Notes under the pieces: generated by a model
What the model was told of the DNA's origin: nothing
The model's input: the letters and a program-made list of their open reading frames with translations, nothing else
The model's database searches: none
Translations under genes and position numbers: made by a program
Shown here: positions 1 to 8,914 of the stretch, in pieces
Numbering within the stretch: the stretch's first letter is position 1
Layout of the letters: every line of letters begins with the position of its first letter
Assembly (NCBI GenBank): GCA_018697095.1
Contig: JABHSG010000001.1
Coordinates: 162,169 to 186,168 of the forward strand
DNA from: an archaeon
Lineage (GTDB): Archaea > Nanobdellota > Nanobdellia > Woesearchaeales > GW2011-AR9
Reading direction: 5' to 3'
Length of the DNA stretch: 24,000 nt

Positions 1-72
1 AATTCATCCAAGATTCGAGGCAAAATATCATTAAAAACAATCTCAAGGTCAGCACCAAGGTCTGTTTCTAAA

Positions 73-510
73 TCAACGCTCATAACTTGTAGATTCTTCA
101 CTTGTTTCTTTTTTTCTTTTTTCACTTTCAGATTCTTCACTTTTTTTATGATCACTTACTGTTTTATGCTCCCTTAAACTAATTTCCGTAACCAATCTCT
201 GAATCTTAAGCTCATTTCGTTTAGACCTAATATAACTAAAAAAGCTTATGAGATACAAAACACCTAAGCTCATCAAGATAATAAATTGTAAAGCTCCTTG
301 CACATGTAAGCTACCAAACAATGTATCAAATCTCTGAGGGAAAAGTACCAAAATAAGAAGTATCAACCAAAGAACTCCCCAAAGTACCAAGTCACCAAGT
401 GCAAATTCTTTTCTTTTATAATGAGTAAAACAAATATAAAACATAAAAATAGAAAATCCCGCCCCAATAAGTTGAAGTTCAAATATACCTGCCATTAGAA
501 TACTCTCCAA
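73..510 (-). CDS. Small membrane protein, DUF2304-like, probable partner of the adjacent glycosyltransferase
   Basis: 145 aa ORF with three hydrophobic segments and a charged C-terminal tail; overlaps the start of a GT2 gene, a common arrangement for DUF2304 proteins. Confidence 0.7.
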   Translation of the reverse strand: MESILMAGIFELQLIGAGFSIFMFYICFTHYKRKEFALGDLVLWGVLWLILLILVLFPQRFDTLFGSLHVQGALQFIILMSLGVLYLISFFSYIRSKRNELKIQRLVTEISLREHKTVSDHKKSEESESEKRKKETSEESTSYER

Positions 511-1187
511 CTAAGCATCTGTATAAAAATCTTTATCCCATCAAATATAGTGGTTCCTTTATAGTTATCATGATATTGCGTTGCAATAGAAATCTCAGAG
601 ATTTTAAGTTTCTTTTTACAAGCGGCCGCAAGCATCTCAGTTTCCACAACATACCCAGAACTATTCCAGGCAATTTTAGAAAATACTCCTGACTTAAATG
701 CTCGAAACCCAGATTGTGTATCATTTATTTTTTTACCATAAAGAAGCCGAAATGTCGTATTAAGTACAAAATTTCCAAACTTAAATACAAAAGGCATTTT
801 GCGATTTGATTTTCTACATCCAATTACTAAATCACTTTTTGTTTCAAGCAAACAAGAGACAAATTCTGGAATCTGAGAAGCATCATGTTGTAAATCAGCA
901 TCTATTGTGATGATTACATCCACTTCTTCTCTCTCAGCCAAAATAAATCCTGTATAAAGAGCTACTCCTTTCCCAGAATTAATTGGGTGACGTAAAACAA
1001 AATCTGTCCCTTCACAAGAAGCCTTCGCAATATCAAAAGTTTTATCTGAGCTCCCATCATCAACTACAATAACAAAATCAACATATTTTTTAGTCAAAGA
1101 GATTACTTTAGAGATATGCTTTTCTTCATTGTAAGCTGGAATAATAGCTACAATTTTCAGATTATTTTTCATCATTTCTTTTTCCAC
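495..1187 (-). CDS. Family 2 glycosyltransferase (dolichyl-phosphate sugar synthase-like)
   Basis: Motifs IIPAYNEEKHI, VVDDGSSDKT, DADLQHD and DTQSGFRAF are typical of GT2/DPM-like enzymes. The true start is probably the internal MMKNNLKIV or MKNNLKIV. Confidence 0.92.
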   Translation of the reverse strand: MEKEMMKNNLKIVAIIPAYNEEKHISKVISLTKKYVDFVIVVDDGSSDKTFDIAKASCEGTDFVLRHPINSGKGVALYTGFILAEREEVDVIITIDADLQHDASQIPEFVSCLLETKSDLVIGCRKSNRKMPFVFKFGNFVLNTTFRLLYGKKINDTQSGFRAFKSGVFSKIAWNSSGYVVETEMLAAACKKKLKISEISIATQYHDNYKGTTIFDGIKIFIQMLSWRVF

Positions 1188-1236
1188 TTTAAATCACATT
1201 TCTCAAAAATAATTTTTTCACATTAAACAAATAATA

Positions 1237-2226
1237 TCACAAAATAAATGCAAGCACTACAAATATTAATTGAAACCCATAAAGTAAATACACTACTCTT
1301 CTCTCAGTTGCCTTTCCAAATAAATTCTTACTTACCCAAATCATCACATGTTCAAGCCCATAAAATTTTGAATATCGAAGGTCCAAACTACCATCTTCAA
1401 GAACTCTACCAAAACTTTCTTTTTTAAATCTTCCACGAAGTTTTAGAAAAAATTCTATTGCAAATGGGATAAATAAAATTATCAAAGCTTTCTCTAAATC
1501 TGCAAAAATTGCAACTGCGGCAATAAATGCCCCTGCAGAATATGTGAAGGTATCTCCGGGGAAAATCCTCGCTGGATATTTATTAAAAACCCAAAAAGCA
1601 AAGACACACGCAAGAAATATTGCGCACAAAACAGCTACATAACTAGCACCAACTTTCCAAGACAAAAAACCAATCACACTTACCATGATCATACTAAGTC
1701 CAGATTCTAGTCCATTAAACCCGGCAAGCATATTAGTTCCATTAGAAGCAACAACTAAAAACAAAGGAATCACAAGTAAAGGATATATTAGTCCTAAATC
1801 TATATTTCCAAAAAATGGAATAAACATTATACGTGTCCCAGCATCTACAGCCATTATAGGAAAAGCGCAAAGAAGTGTCAAAACTGGTTTTTGCCACTGT
1901 GCAAGTCCAATTTTCCAACCCAAGATATCATCAACTATTCCAATAATTCCTGCAATAAAAACACTCAAAAGTACTGCAAAAATTGGTACAATAAAATCCT
2001 GGCTTTGAAAAACAAACACTCTGATTGCCACAAAAGCAAACACTCCTACAGCAAAAGCAAACAAAATAGGGAGTCCGCCCATTTCAGCTACTTCTCTAGA
2101 ATCTAGTTTGTGTACATCTTTAGCAACTAATTTTGCATGTTTAGCGCGAGAAATCCAAAACCTAACACTAACAAAACTAAGTAAGAATGTCAAAATAACA
2201 AGTAAAATTAAGTAGCGATGGACCAT
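1237..2226 (-). CDS. MraY/GPT-family UDP-GlcNAc:polyprenyl/dolichyl-phosphate GlcNAc-1-phosphate transferase
   Basis: 329 aa multi-spanning protein with DVHKLDSREVAEMGGLPI, IIGIVDDILG and GTNMLAGFNGLESG, matching the GT4/GPT family. Confidence 0.9.
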   Translation of the reverse strand: MVHRYLILLVILTFLLSFVSVRFWISRAKHAKLVAKDVHKLDSREVAEMGGLPILFAFAVGVFAFVAIRVFVFQSQDFIVPIFAVLLSVFIAGIIGIVDDILGWKIGLAQWQKPVLTLLCAFPIMAVDAGTRIMFIPFFGNIDLGLIYPLLVIPLFLVVASNGTNMLAGFNGLESGLSMIMVSVIGFLSWKVGASYVAVLCAIFLACVFAFWVFNKYPARIFPGDTFTYSAGAFIAAVAIFADLEKALIILFIPFAIEFFLKLRGRFKKESFGRVLEDGSLDLRYSKFYGLEHVMIWVSKNLFGKATERRVVYLLYGFQLIFVVLAFIL

Positions 2227-2268
2227 TTTTATTTTATATTTACTTTTTTTTAATTAAATCACTAACCA

Positions 2269-3012
2269 TCAATTCAAATCTTCAATAATTTCTTCAGAAA
2301 CCCGCCTAAATGGTTTTTCATGTTTTATTTCTTCATGTGCCTGCGCAACCAAGCCAGCACTACGTGCAATTAAAAATATCCCACTACTTACTTTGGAATC
2401 AAATCCAAAATCAAGCAGCAACAAAGCAATTACTCCATCAATATTCATTGGAATAACCTTGCCTTTGACTTCAGAAAAAGACCCTTCTACTAAGCCTTTA
2501 ATATGCAAATATTTACTCTCATAACCAAGAGAAGCAACTAAAGCAAGTAACTCACGAACTCGTGGATCTCCTTGTTTATACACTTTATGTCCAAAACCAT
2601 AAATTGTTTTTTTATTCAAAATAGCATCATTAATTTTCTGTTTCCTATTATCTTCACTAAGGTCATGCCACAAAGCGTATTGTTCCATTGCCTTTTCCAT
2701 AGCCCCACCATGCACATTTCCAACAGCTAAAATTCCTGCAGCAACTGCACTACTCATCCCTGTACGTCCTGAAGCTACAAACCTAGTAGCCATAGATGAA
2801 GGAGTCCCCATTCCATGATCAATAATACTTAAAAGCATTTTATCAAAAATCTTAGCCTCAACCTCTGAAGCCCGCCTACCAGATAACAAAAAGAAAATTC
2901 CAGAACTAAAAGACATCTCTGAAAGTAAATCAGAAAGTTTCACACCATGAATGGTATGCATAGGTCCATCATCAAAATGTTTCATCTTTGAAAGTCTTGT
3001 TTGGTATTTCAT
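2269..3012 (-). CDS. Citryl-CoA lyase-like protein (short citrate synthase fold, equivalent to the C-terminal module of ATP-citrate lyase)
   Basis: 247 aa with DHGMGTPSS..R.VASG, GNVHGGAMEKAM, GFGHKVYKQGDPRV and MNIDGVIALLLLDFGF. Catalytic His/His/Asp motifs are retained, the large N-terminal part of citrate synthase is absent, and the gene follows ACL/SCS-like subunits. Confidence 0.85.
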   Translation of the reverse strand: MKYQTRLSKMKHFDDGPMHTIHGVKLSDLLSEMSFSSGIFFLLSGRRASEVEAKIFDKMLLSIIDHGMGTPSSMATRFVASGRTGMSSAVAAGILAVGNVHGGAMEKAMEQYALWHDLSEDNRKQKINDAILNKKTIYGFGHKVYKQGDPRVRELLALVASLGYESKYLHIKGLVEGSFSEVKGKVIPMNIDGVIALLLLDFGFDSKVSSGIFLIARSAGLVAQAHEEIKHEKPFRRVSEEIIEDLN

Positions 3013-3035
3013 TATTCTAAATCTCTTTTTCTCTT

Positions 3036-3974
3036 CTACTCTTTTCCAAAATTCAAAAGAGCTTCTTTCATCAAGCGTCCAACATTATGGTGCACTTCAG
3101 CTATAATAACACCTGCTTCTTTTAAAGCCTTTACCTTCCCTTCACGCCCACCACTCCCAGATTCAATTATTGCGCCTGCGTGACCTAAAGACACATTTTC
3201 CATTCCCAAATCTTCAGCAAACTTTCCTGAGATAAAAGCAACTATCGGTTTCAAAAAAGCATTCCCATTTTTACGTTGCAAAATAAGCCATTTAGCTAAA
3301 TCTTCTTCACAAGTCCCACCTATTTCACCAAACAAAACTATTCCTTTAGTATCATCATCATTTTCAAAAAGAGAAACAATTTCAACAAAAGTGCTTCCCA
3401 TCAAAACATCACTTCCAACACTAACAATAGTGCTTTGACCAAGTCCTGCTTGTGTTAAAACAAGTGCAGTTTCGCAACTCATCCCTCCACTTCGCGAAAT
3501 TACACCAACTCCACCAACACTAAGTGCAATTTTAGATTTCCCACTAGCTATTGGTCCACATTTAGATTTACCAACAGAATAAATCCCAGCAGATGTTGCC
3601 CCAATTACTAAACTTCCTTTTGCACGTGCAAGAGCCAAACAATATGCCATATCATGAATAGGGATATTTTCAGTAATCACATTGATTAATTTAATTCCAG
3701 CTTCAATTGCTTCCACAATTGCTCCTTTTGCAAACCTTGGTGGCACCATTACAACGCTACAATCAATTTTTTTTGAAGAACCCAAGGCTTCCTGCGCATC
3801 TTTAATAGAATTATAAACTGGCACTCCCTCAACCTCTTGTCCTCCTTTTCCTGGTGTAACTCCTGCTACTAATTTAGAATTTGAAACAAGCATATCAATA
3901 GTGGACCTAGTCCCTTGCTTTCCAGTAATTCCCTGAATCAAAAAACGTGTATTTTGATCAATTAAGATACTCAT
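3036..3974 (-). CDS. SucD-like CoA-ligase subunit with ATP-citrate lyase/citryl-CoA synthetase features
   Basis: 312 aa: QGITGKQGTRSTIDM (CoA-binding), SRSGGMSCE, GEIGGTCEEDLAKW and GHAGAIIESGSGG (phospho-histidine loop). Confidence 0.88.
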   Translation of the reverse strand: MSILIDQNTRFLIQGITGKQGTRSTIDMLVSNSKLVAGVTPGKGGQEVEGVPVYNSIKDAQEALGSSKKIDCSVVMVPPRFAKGAIVEAIEAGIKLINVITENIPIHDMAYCLALARAKGSLVIGATSAGIYSVGKSKCGPIASGKSKIALSVGGVGVISRSGGMSCETALVLTQAGLGQSTIVSVGSDVLMGSTFVEIVSLFENDDDTKGIVLFGEIGGTCEEDLAKWLILQRKNGNAFLKPIVAFISGKFAEDLGMENVSLGHAGAIIESGSGGREGKVKALKEAGVIIAEVHHNVGRLMKEALLNFGKE

Positions 3975-5202
3975 TGCACACCCCTTTTTCTTCTTTTTTT
4001 CCTTTCTCTTTTTGCAATTTATATTTTTTTGATAAATCCACCATTATTGAAGCTGCCTTTGTCATTGCAACAGTCTCATCAAAATAATGTATATCAAGCC
4101 CATGTTTCTCTTTAACACTAGCAAGCATTTCTTTTGCTTCTTTATCATAAGGCCCAGCGCGTCGGATAACAATCGGAAAATCTGGTTTAACTTCTATCAA
4201 AACATCTGCAACACCAGTCAAAGTTTCCTTAATGTTAGTAAAATTTGCAATTGCTCCAGCAACAATTAAGCCTGACAAACCTTTCTTAGAAAGAACTACG
4301 CGTGTCAAATTTTGCACTTTCTCCCGTGAAGGATCACCACTATATTCTGTAAAGTTAGCAGCCTTGCCTCCAACTTCAAGTAAAGTATCCATAAGTGTCA
4401 TAGAAGCGCCACCACCACTTGTCAAAACCCCAATATCTCCGTTCAATTCAATAAATGTCTTTCCAGCAACTCCTCTTGAATCATTTTCATCAATAGCATT
4501 AGCTTTTAATTCCATAGATGTCTTTTCTCTTGAATCTACTCTTTTAGCAAACTTAATCTCTCTTCGATAGTTCGCATCATCGTCTATTACAACTACTGAA
4601 TCAACAGCCACAAGCCTCTCACTAGAATCAACAACCAAAGGATTAATCTCAAGCATCTTACAATCAAAACGTACAAAACAATCCCAAAGCTTCTTCATAA
4701 CTAAAACTAATTCACTTATAATCTCGTTCTCTAAAGAAGTTCCCTTAATCAAATTTAAACAATCTTCATCACTAAGCCCAATAAACATATCAATCTCTCT
4801 CACCTTAATCTTTTCAGGATTTCTCAAACGTAATTCCTCAATATCAACTCCTCCTTCAGAACTAAAAATAAACACCGGAACACGTTTTTTTGTATCAAAT
4901 AATATCCCTAAATACAATTCCTGAGCAATGTCTATCTTTTCATCAAGTAAAATTTCACTAATCTTCTCACCTAAAAACTCAGATCCTAAAAACTCCTTAG
5001 CCTTTAGCCTAGCCTCAGAAGCACCAGAAACAACAAAAACTCCGCCTGCCTTAGCTCTACCATTAGAAACAACTTGTACCTTGAACATTTTAGGTTCAGA
5101 AAACTCAGGAACATCATCAACTGATTTCACAAGAACCCCCGAACTTACAGAAATTCCTGCCAAATCAAATAACTTCTTACCTTCAAACTCCTTTAATTTC
5201 AT
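3958..5202 (-). CDS. SucC-like ATP-grasp subunit with ATP-citrate lyase/citryl-CoA synthetase features
   Basis: ORF to 5217; likely start at the internal MKLKEFEGKKLF (5202). Motifs: CKMLEINPLVV, SGGGASMTLMDTL, NFTEYSGDPSREKV, AGAIANFTNIKETL, PIVIRRAGPYDKEAKEML. Confidence 0.88.
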   Translation of the reverse strand: MKLKEFEGKKLFDLAGISVSSGVLVKSVDDVPEFSEPKMFKVQVVSNGRAKAGGVFVVSGASEARLKAKEFLGSEFLGEKISEILLDEKIDIAQELYLGILFDTKKRVPVFIFSSEGGVDIEELRLRNPEKIKVREIDMFIGLSDEDCLNLIKGTSLENEIISELVLVMKKLWDCFVRFDCKMLEINPLVVDSSERLVAVDSVVVIDDDANYRREIKFAKRVDSREKTSMELKANAIDENDSRGVAGKTFIELNGDIGVLTSGGGASMTLMDTLLEVGGKAANFTEYSGDPSREKVQNLTRVVLSKKGLSGLIVAGAIANFTNIKETLTGVADVLIEVKPDFPIVIRRAGPYDKEAKEMLASVKEKHGLDIHYFDETVAMTKAASIMVDLSKKYKLQKEKGKKEEKGVCNEYLN

Positions 5203-5223
5203 AGAAAAAATAGTCAAAACAAC

Positions 5224-5232
5224 GTATATAAG
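5224..5232 (-). promoter_or_regulatory. Archaeal TATA box of the split citrate-lyase operon
   Basis: Minus strand reads CATAAGGCTTATATACG about 22-30 nt upstream of the probable ATG at 5202, a spacing that implies a leaderless or near-leaderless mRNA. Confidence 0.6.
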
Positions 5233-5289
5233 CCTTATGAAATCTCAAAAATTATTAATAATAAACTTAGAAAATTATCTATTAAAAAA

Positions 5290-5330
5290 ATATTAAAAAA
5301 ATAAAAAAAAAAAAAAAAAATAAAAAAAAC
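5290..5330 (-). terminator. Oligo-T transcription terminator downstream of the S-layer gene
   Basis: Minus strand reads TTTTTTTT-A-T18-A-TTTTTTT directly after the stop codon of the 5343..7835 gene; the central run is 5303..5320. Confidence 0.7.
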
Positions 5331-5342
5331 AGGTCAAAGACC

Positions 5343-7835
5343 TTATTCTTCACTAGCTTCTTCTTCTTCCTCAACTGCAACTTCTTCAGAAGGTTCTGAA
5401 ATGGTTGCGTCTGAGTAAGTGCTACCTTCGATTTCTACTTCTTCGCCTGAAAGTTCGTCCCATCTGTGAGCCATAACTCTTCCTGCAAGTCTTGTATCTG
5501 TTCCACTGTAACCTGCTACTAGCATTGCTACACTGTCACCGTTCTCGAATAGCTTAACATTAGCTACACCTGGTGTGAAACCTTCAGCACAATCGCTTGG
5601 GTTACCCATTAGTTCAGCTGCTACTGTGTTAACACATGGTCCACCAACTACAATCATGTTCTGTGCGTCAACGCTAGCTACTTCACTATCTAGTCTTGTT
5701 GCATCAACAACAGAAACTAGAGCTAAGTCTCCACTAACTGTACTTGTGGATTCAGTTGCACCACTAGTTACGTAAAGTAAAACTTCAGCTTGTTCTTCAG
5801 GAATAACTAGTTCATACTTATCAGGTCCTGACTGTGGTGAGGTTACAATTAAAGATTCACCATAACTACTATGGTAGTAACTGATATCACTATCACTAGG
5901 GTCAGTCACTGAAGCGTGAGCTGCTCCAGATTGCCCATCGTTAAAAGTTCCAACAGTGGTTGTGAAATCTTCGCTATCATCATCATTCAAAGTAACATTC
6001 AATACAACATATGGTGATGCAATATCGGTTGTATCATCCACTTTGTCCGCGTCATCAACCATTACTTCAACTCCCCAAGTAGAAGCTGCACCTGCTGCAG
6101 TATCGTTGGTAAGGCTATCAGACAATCTTACCCAATGGTTATCAGCAGTTCTAAAAGAGAACATTCTAAGATTCTCTTGAACACCATCTGTAACAAAATT
6201 GAAAATCCCTGAGTTACCACTACTAGCTAAACTAGACACATTAACTTTAAAGTCATCTGAAGTTCCAGCTGTGGTGTTAACAAAAGTATATGTAACTCCA
6301 CCAAGTCGTAGGTCAAATGAACCAGTTGCATCAACACTTGATTCATGTGTTTCTCCTGATGCTACATCTCTAACTTGAGCCTTAGGGCTTGTGTCAGTAG
6401 TTGCGTCTGTTCCTTTATACTGAAGCAGATAAGATTTTGCGTCAGCCTGGTCATCAGTTGGGTCAGCAGTACTTAAGAAGAAATAATCATTCTTTGTGAT
6501 TGCTTCATATTCAACAGCTACTAAAGGTTCAGCTTCCTTCTCACCAGCAAACATTCCTGTACTGTTAGTAAATACAAGTGGAACTGATACATCTCCACTA
6601 TAAAGTGTGGTTTGTAAGTCAGCTTGTTGATCACTCTCAGTAAAGACTAAGCTAGTTGCTTCTGTATCACCTTTAGATACTTCAACTAATTCCATGTCCC
6701 AGTTCTCTGTAAAAAGAACTTCAGGTTCATCTAAGTCAACTGCTTCACTTAGTTTCATACCTTCTCCAACATAAAGATCATCTTCTGCAGTCATGTTAAT
6801 GGAAATTTCAGTAATGGTAACATCTCCGCCAGAATAAGTTTCTGTAATCAGAACTGCTGCATCATTAATGGTTTCTTCATTAACTTTCATGTCGCTTCCG
6901 TCTTTTAATTCCAGTTTGTCAGCTCCTAAAAAGAAACTTGCACTGTGAATTCCACCAGCATAATCCTGGTAAGTGATATCTGTAACTCCAATATTAGTTA
7001 CTCCATCGCTAAGTACGTCGGTCTCACTATCAGATAATTTACTGGTTGTTTCTCCATTAATGGAAAACTGAGCTTCTGTAGAAGTTACTGAAAGTAACTC
7101 TACTTCATACTCTACTCCAGAGATTTCATAAGTTGCAACATCCCCTTCTTCTAATGTAGCGGAAGTTGATCCACCCATCAAAACAAGAGTAGTAGTGTCT
7201 GAATCATTTGTAGCTTCAGTAACAGTGTATGATCTTCCAAATAAAGTTAGAATTTCATCTTCAATGTCGTCAAAGTCTGCATTTGAATCTACATCTGACT
7301 CCCAGCTGGAAGTAAAATCTACTACAAATCTAGCAATACCTGCTGAAGAGTTGATTTTATAGAAGTATCCAATTGCTTCATCATCATCTTCTTGAAACTC
7401 AACTACAGCCTGGTTCTCATCAAAGTACAAGAACTGTTCATAGTCTGCTGTCCCTTTAGAGTTAGACAAACTTACATCTGCAAGTGCAGAAAGCATTGTA
7501 TCATCTAAGTAAGATTCTACGCTCTTAACTGACTCTGCAAGTTCTAAAAAGTTAGAACTTGTAGCTGCAAGCCAAGCATCTCCTTCAACAGTTGTTGTAG
7601 TAGATGCATCGCCACCAACATAGTACATGTTAGTTGCAATATCAGTCATAGCCAAGTTATCTGTAGAAGACGCTGCTTCCCCAACAACAAAGTATCCATC
7701 AAATGTTCCGTCAGAGACGAACATATCTGGGTAGTCGCTTAAATCTACTGCGAACGCACCCATTACAGTAGCACCGAGCATAATTGCTCCAGCACCTACT
7801 GCGCTAAGTCTTTTAATTACTTTTTTTGTATTCAT
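5343..7835 (-). CDS. Secreted S-layer-like surface protein
   Basis: About 830 aa acidic, Thr/Ser-rich protein with N-terminal signal peptide (MNTKKVIKRLSAVGAGAIMLGATVMGAFA). A GGAGGTG Shine-Dalgarno lies about 11 nt before the ATG at 7835; the track's start at 7844 is TTG. C-terminal NMIVVGGPCVNTVAAELMG...AGYSGTDTRLAGRVM resembles the conserved C-terminal region of archaeal S-layer proteins. Confidence 0.85.
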   Translation of the reverse strand: MNTKKVIKRLSAVGAGAIMLGATVMGAFAVDLSDYPDMFVSDGTFDGYFVVGEAASSTDNLAMTDIATNMYYVGGDASTTTTVEGDAWLAATSSNFLELAESVKSVESYLDDTMLSALADVSLSNSKGTADYEQFLYFDENQAVVEFQEDDDEAIGYFYKINSSAGIARFVVDFTSSWESDVDSNADFDDIEDEILTLFGRSYTVTEATNDSDTTTLVLMGGSTSATLEEGDVATYEISGVEYEVELLSVTSTEAQFSINGETTSKLSDSETDVLSDGVTNIGVTDITYQDYAGGIHSASFFLGADKLELKDGSDMKVNEETINDAAVLITETYSGGDVTITEISINMTAEDDLYVGEGMKLSEAVDLDEPEVLFTENWDMELVEVSKGDTEATSLVFTESDQQADLQTTLYSGDVSVPLVFTNSTGMFAGEKEAEPLVAVEYEAITKNDYFFLSTADPTDDQADAKSYLLQYKGTDATTDTSPKAQVRDVASGETHESSVDATGSFDLRLGGVTYTFVNTTAGTSDDFKVNVSSLASSGNSGIFNFVTDGVQENLRMFSFRTADNHWVRLSDSLTNDTAAGAASTWGVEVMVDDADKVDDTTDIASPYVVLNVTLNDDDSEDFTTTVGTFNDGQSGAAHASVTDPSDSDISYYHSSYGESLIVTSPQSGPDKYELVIPEEQAEVLLYVTSGATESTSTVSGDLALVSVVDATRLDSEVASVDAQNMIVVGGPCVNTVAAELMGNPSDCAEGFTPGVANVKLFENGDSVAMLVAGYSGTDTRLAGRVMAHRWDELSGEEVEIEGSTYSDATISEPSEEVAVEEEEEASEE

Positions 7836-8011
7836 TGTTCTCAAAACACCTCCAGTGTTTGATTGCCCATCAAGAGCAAATAACGATCACCTCTTTCCTC
7901 AAGCCTCGTCACATAAAAATCCCGAAAAGGGTCTGAAGTAGACTCCTCATTCGATTTTATAGACGAAGCTCTAAGAGTATCGAGTGTAATACACCAAATG
8001 AGCAAAATTCG

Positions 8012-8026
8012 GTTTATAAGCTTTTC
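8012..8026 (-). promoter_or_regulatory. Putative BRE/TATA promoter of the S-layer gene
   Basis: Minus strand reads TTTCGAAAAGCTTATAAACC, a BRE-like A-rich block followed by TTATAAA. Confidence 0.5.
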
Positions 8027-8225
8027 GAAAAAAAACACCATTCTCACTAAAGAAAAACAACTTGAGCCACTCAGCCACTAAAATTCTGTAGTTTAAGCAG
8101 ATTACCATTTTAGTGTGACAACTAGAACTAAGTTCTATTGAATTGATCTTAAAACTCATCACAAATGCCAAAAAGAGTAAACCTTAATATAGACTTTCCT
8201 TTAATTAGCTCCAGGCAAAACAAAC

Positions 8226-8897
8226 ATGATTAAACCAAACTCACTAAACCTTCCCAAATTTTTCAAACAAAAATATTCCCATTTTGAAAGTTTAACCCCA
8301 ATCCAAGAAAAAACAGTAAACGCTGGACTCCTAAAAGAAAAATCAATTCTTGCTTGCGCTCCAACTGCTTCTGGAAAAACACTTGTTGCAACCATGGCAA
8401 TAGCAAACATCCTAAAACAAAATGAAGAAGAAAGTACAAATCACAAAACAATTTATCTTGTTCCACTAAAAGCCTTAGCTTCTGAAAAATACAAAGAATA
8501 CCAATCACTTTTAACAAATACGCCACACAAAGTTGCTATGGCAACTGGAGACATAGACTCCCCTCAACCATTCCTTGCAAAAGCAGATCTTTTAATCCTT
8601 ACAACTGAAAAACTTGATTCATTAATGCGTCATTCTGTTTCCTGGCTTAAAAATGTAAAAACAGTCGTAATAGACGAGATCCATTTACTTAACGATCCTT
8701 CCCGCGGACCAACACTTGAAATAGTTTTAACAATTCTAAAAGAAAGAATTAAACCCCAACTAATTGGTCTGTCTGCAACTATTGGAAACCCAGAAGTCCT
8801 AGCGTCTTGGCTTGATGCAACACTCGTACAAGATTCCTGGCGGCCAGTAACTCTCAAAAAAGGAACATACATAAACAAAGAATTAAAATTTTATTAA
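8226..8897 (+). pseudogene. Truncated Ski2/Hel308-like superfamily 2 helicase (first RecA domain only)
   Basis: 223 aa containing FFKQKYSHFESLTPIQEK (Q-motif-like), APTASGKTL (Walker A), DEIHLL (DEIH box) and GLSATIGNPE (motif III). It ends after WRPVTLKKGTYINKELKFY, before the RecA2, winged-helix and ratchet domains. Confidence 0.75.
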
Positions 8898-8914
8898 ACT
8901 GTATCTTTTACAAC

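Noticed and set aside
2269-5217. Annotating the trio as ordinary TCA-cycle citrate synthase plus succinyl-CoA synthetase
   Set aside because: The 247-aa protein is too short for a full citrate synthase, and the ATP-grasp and CoA-binding subunits carry ACL-type rather than SCS-type motifs.
7841-8047. 68-aa minus-strand ORF in the S-layer leader
   Set aside because: It spans the probable promoter and leader, has no SD, and its C-terminal part is just the leader and SD region of the S-layer gene.
8201-8526. Reverse-strand ORFs 8201..8410 and 8263..8526, and similar antisense ORFs elsewhere (1685..2008, 1891..2106, 3001..3183, 4087..4570, 4928..5296, 5575..6180, 11294..11632, 12106..12351, 13592..13840, 17355..17693, 21264..21834, 23428..23619)
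   Set aside because: All lie antisense to well-supported genes, have compositions expected from reverse translation and carry no recognisable motifs.
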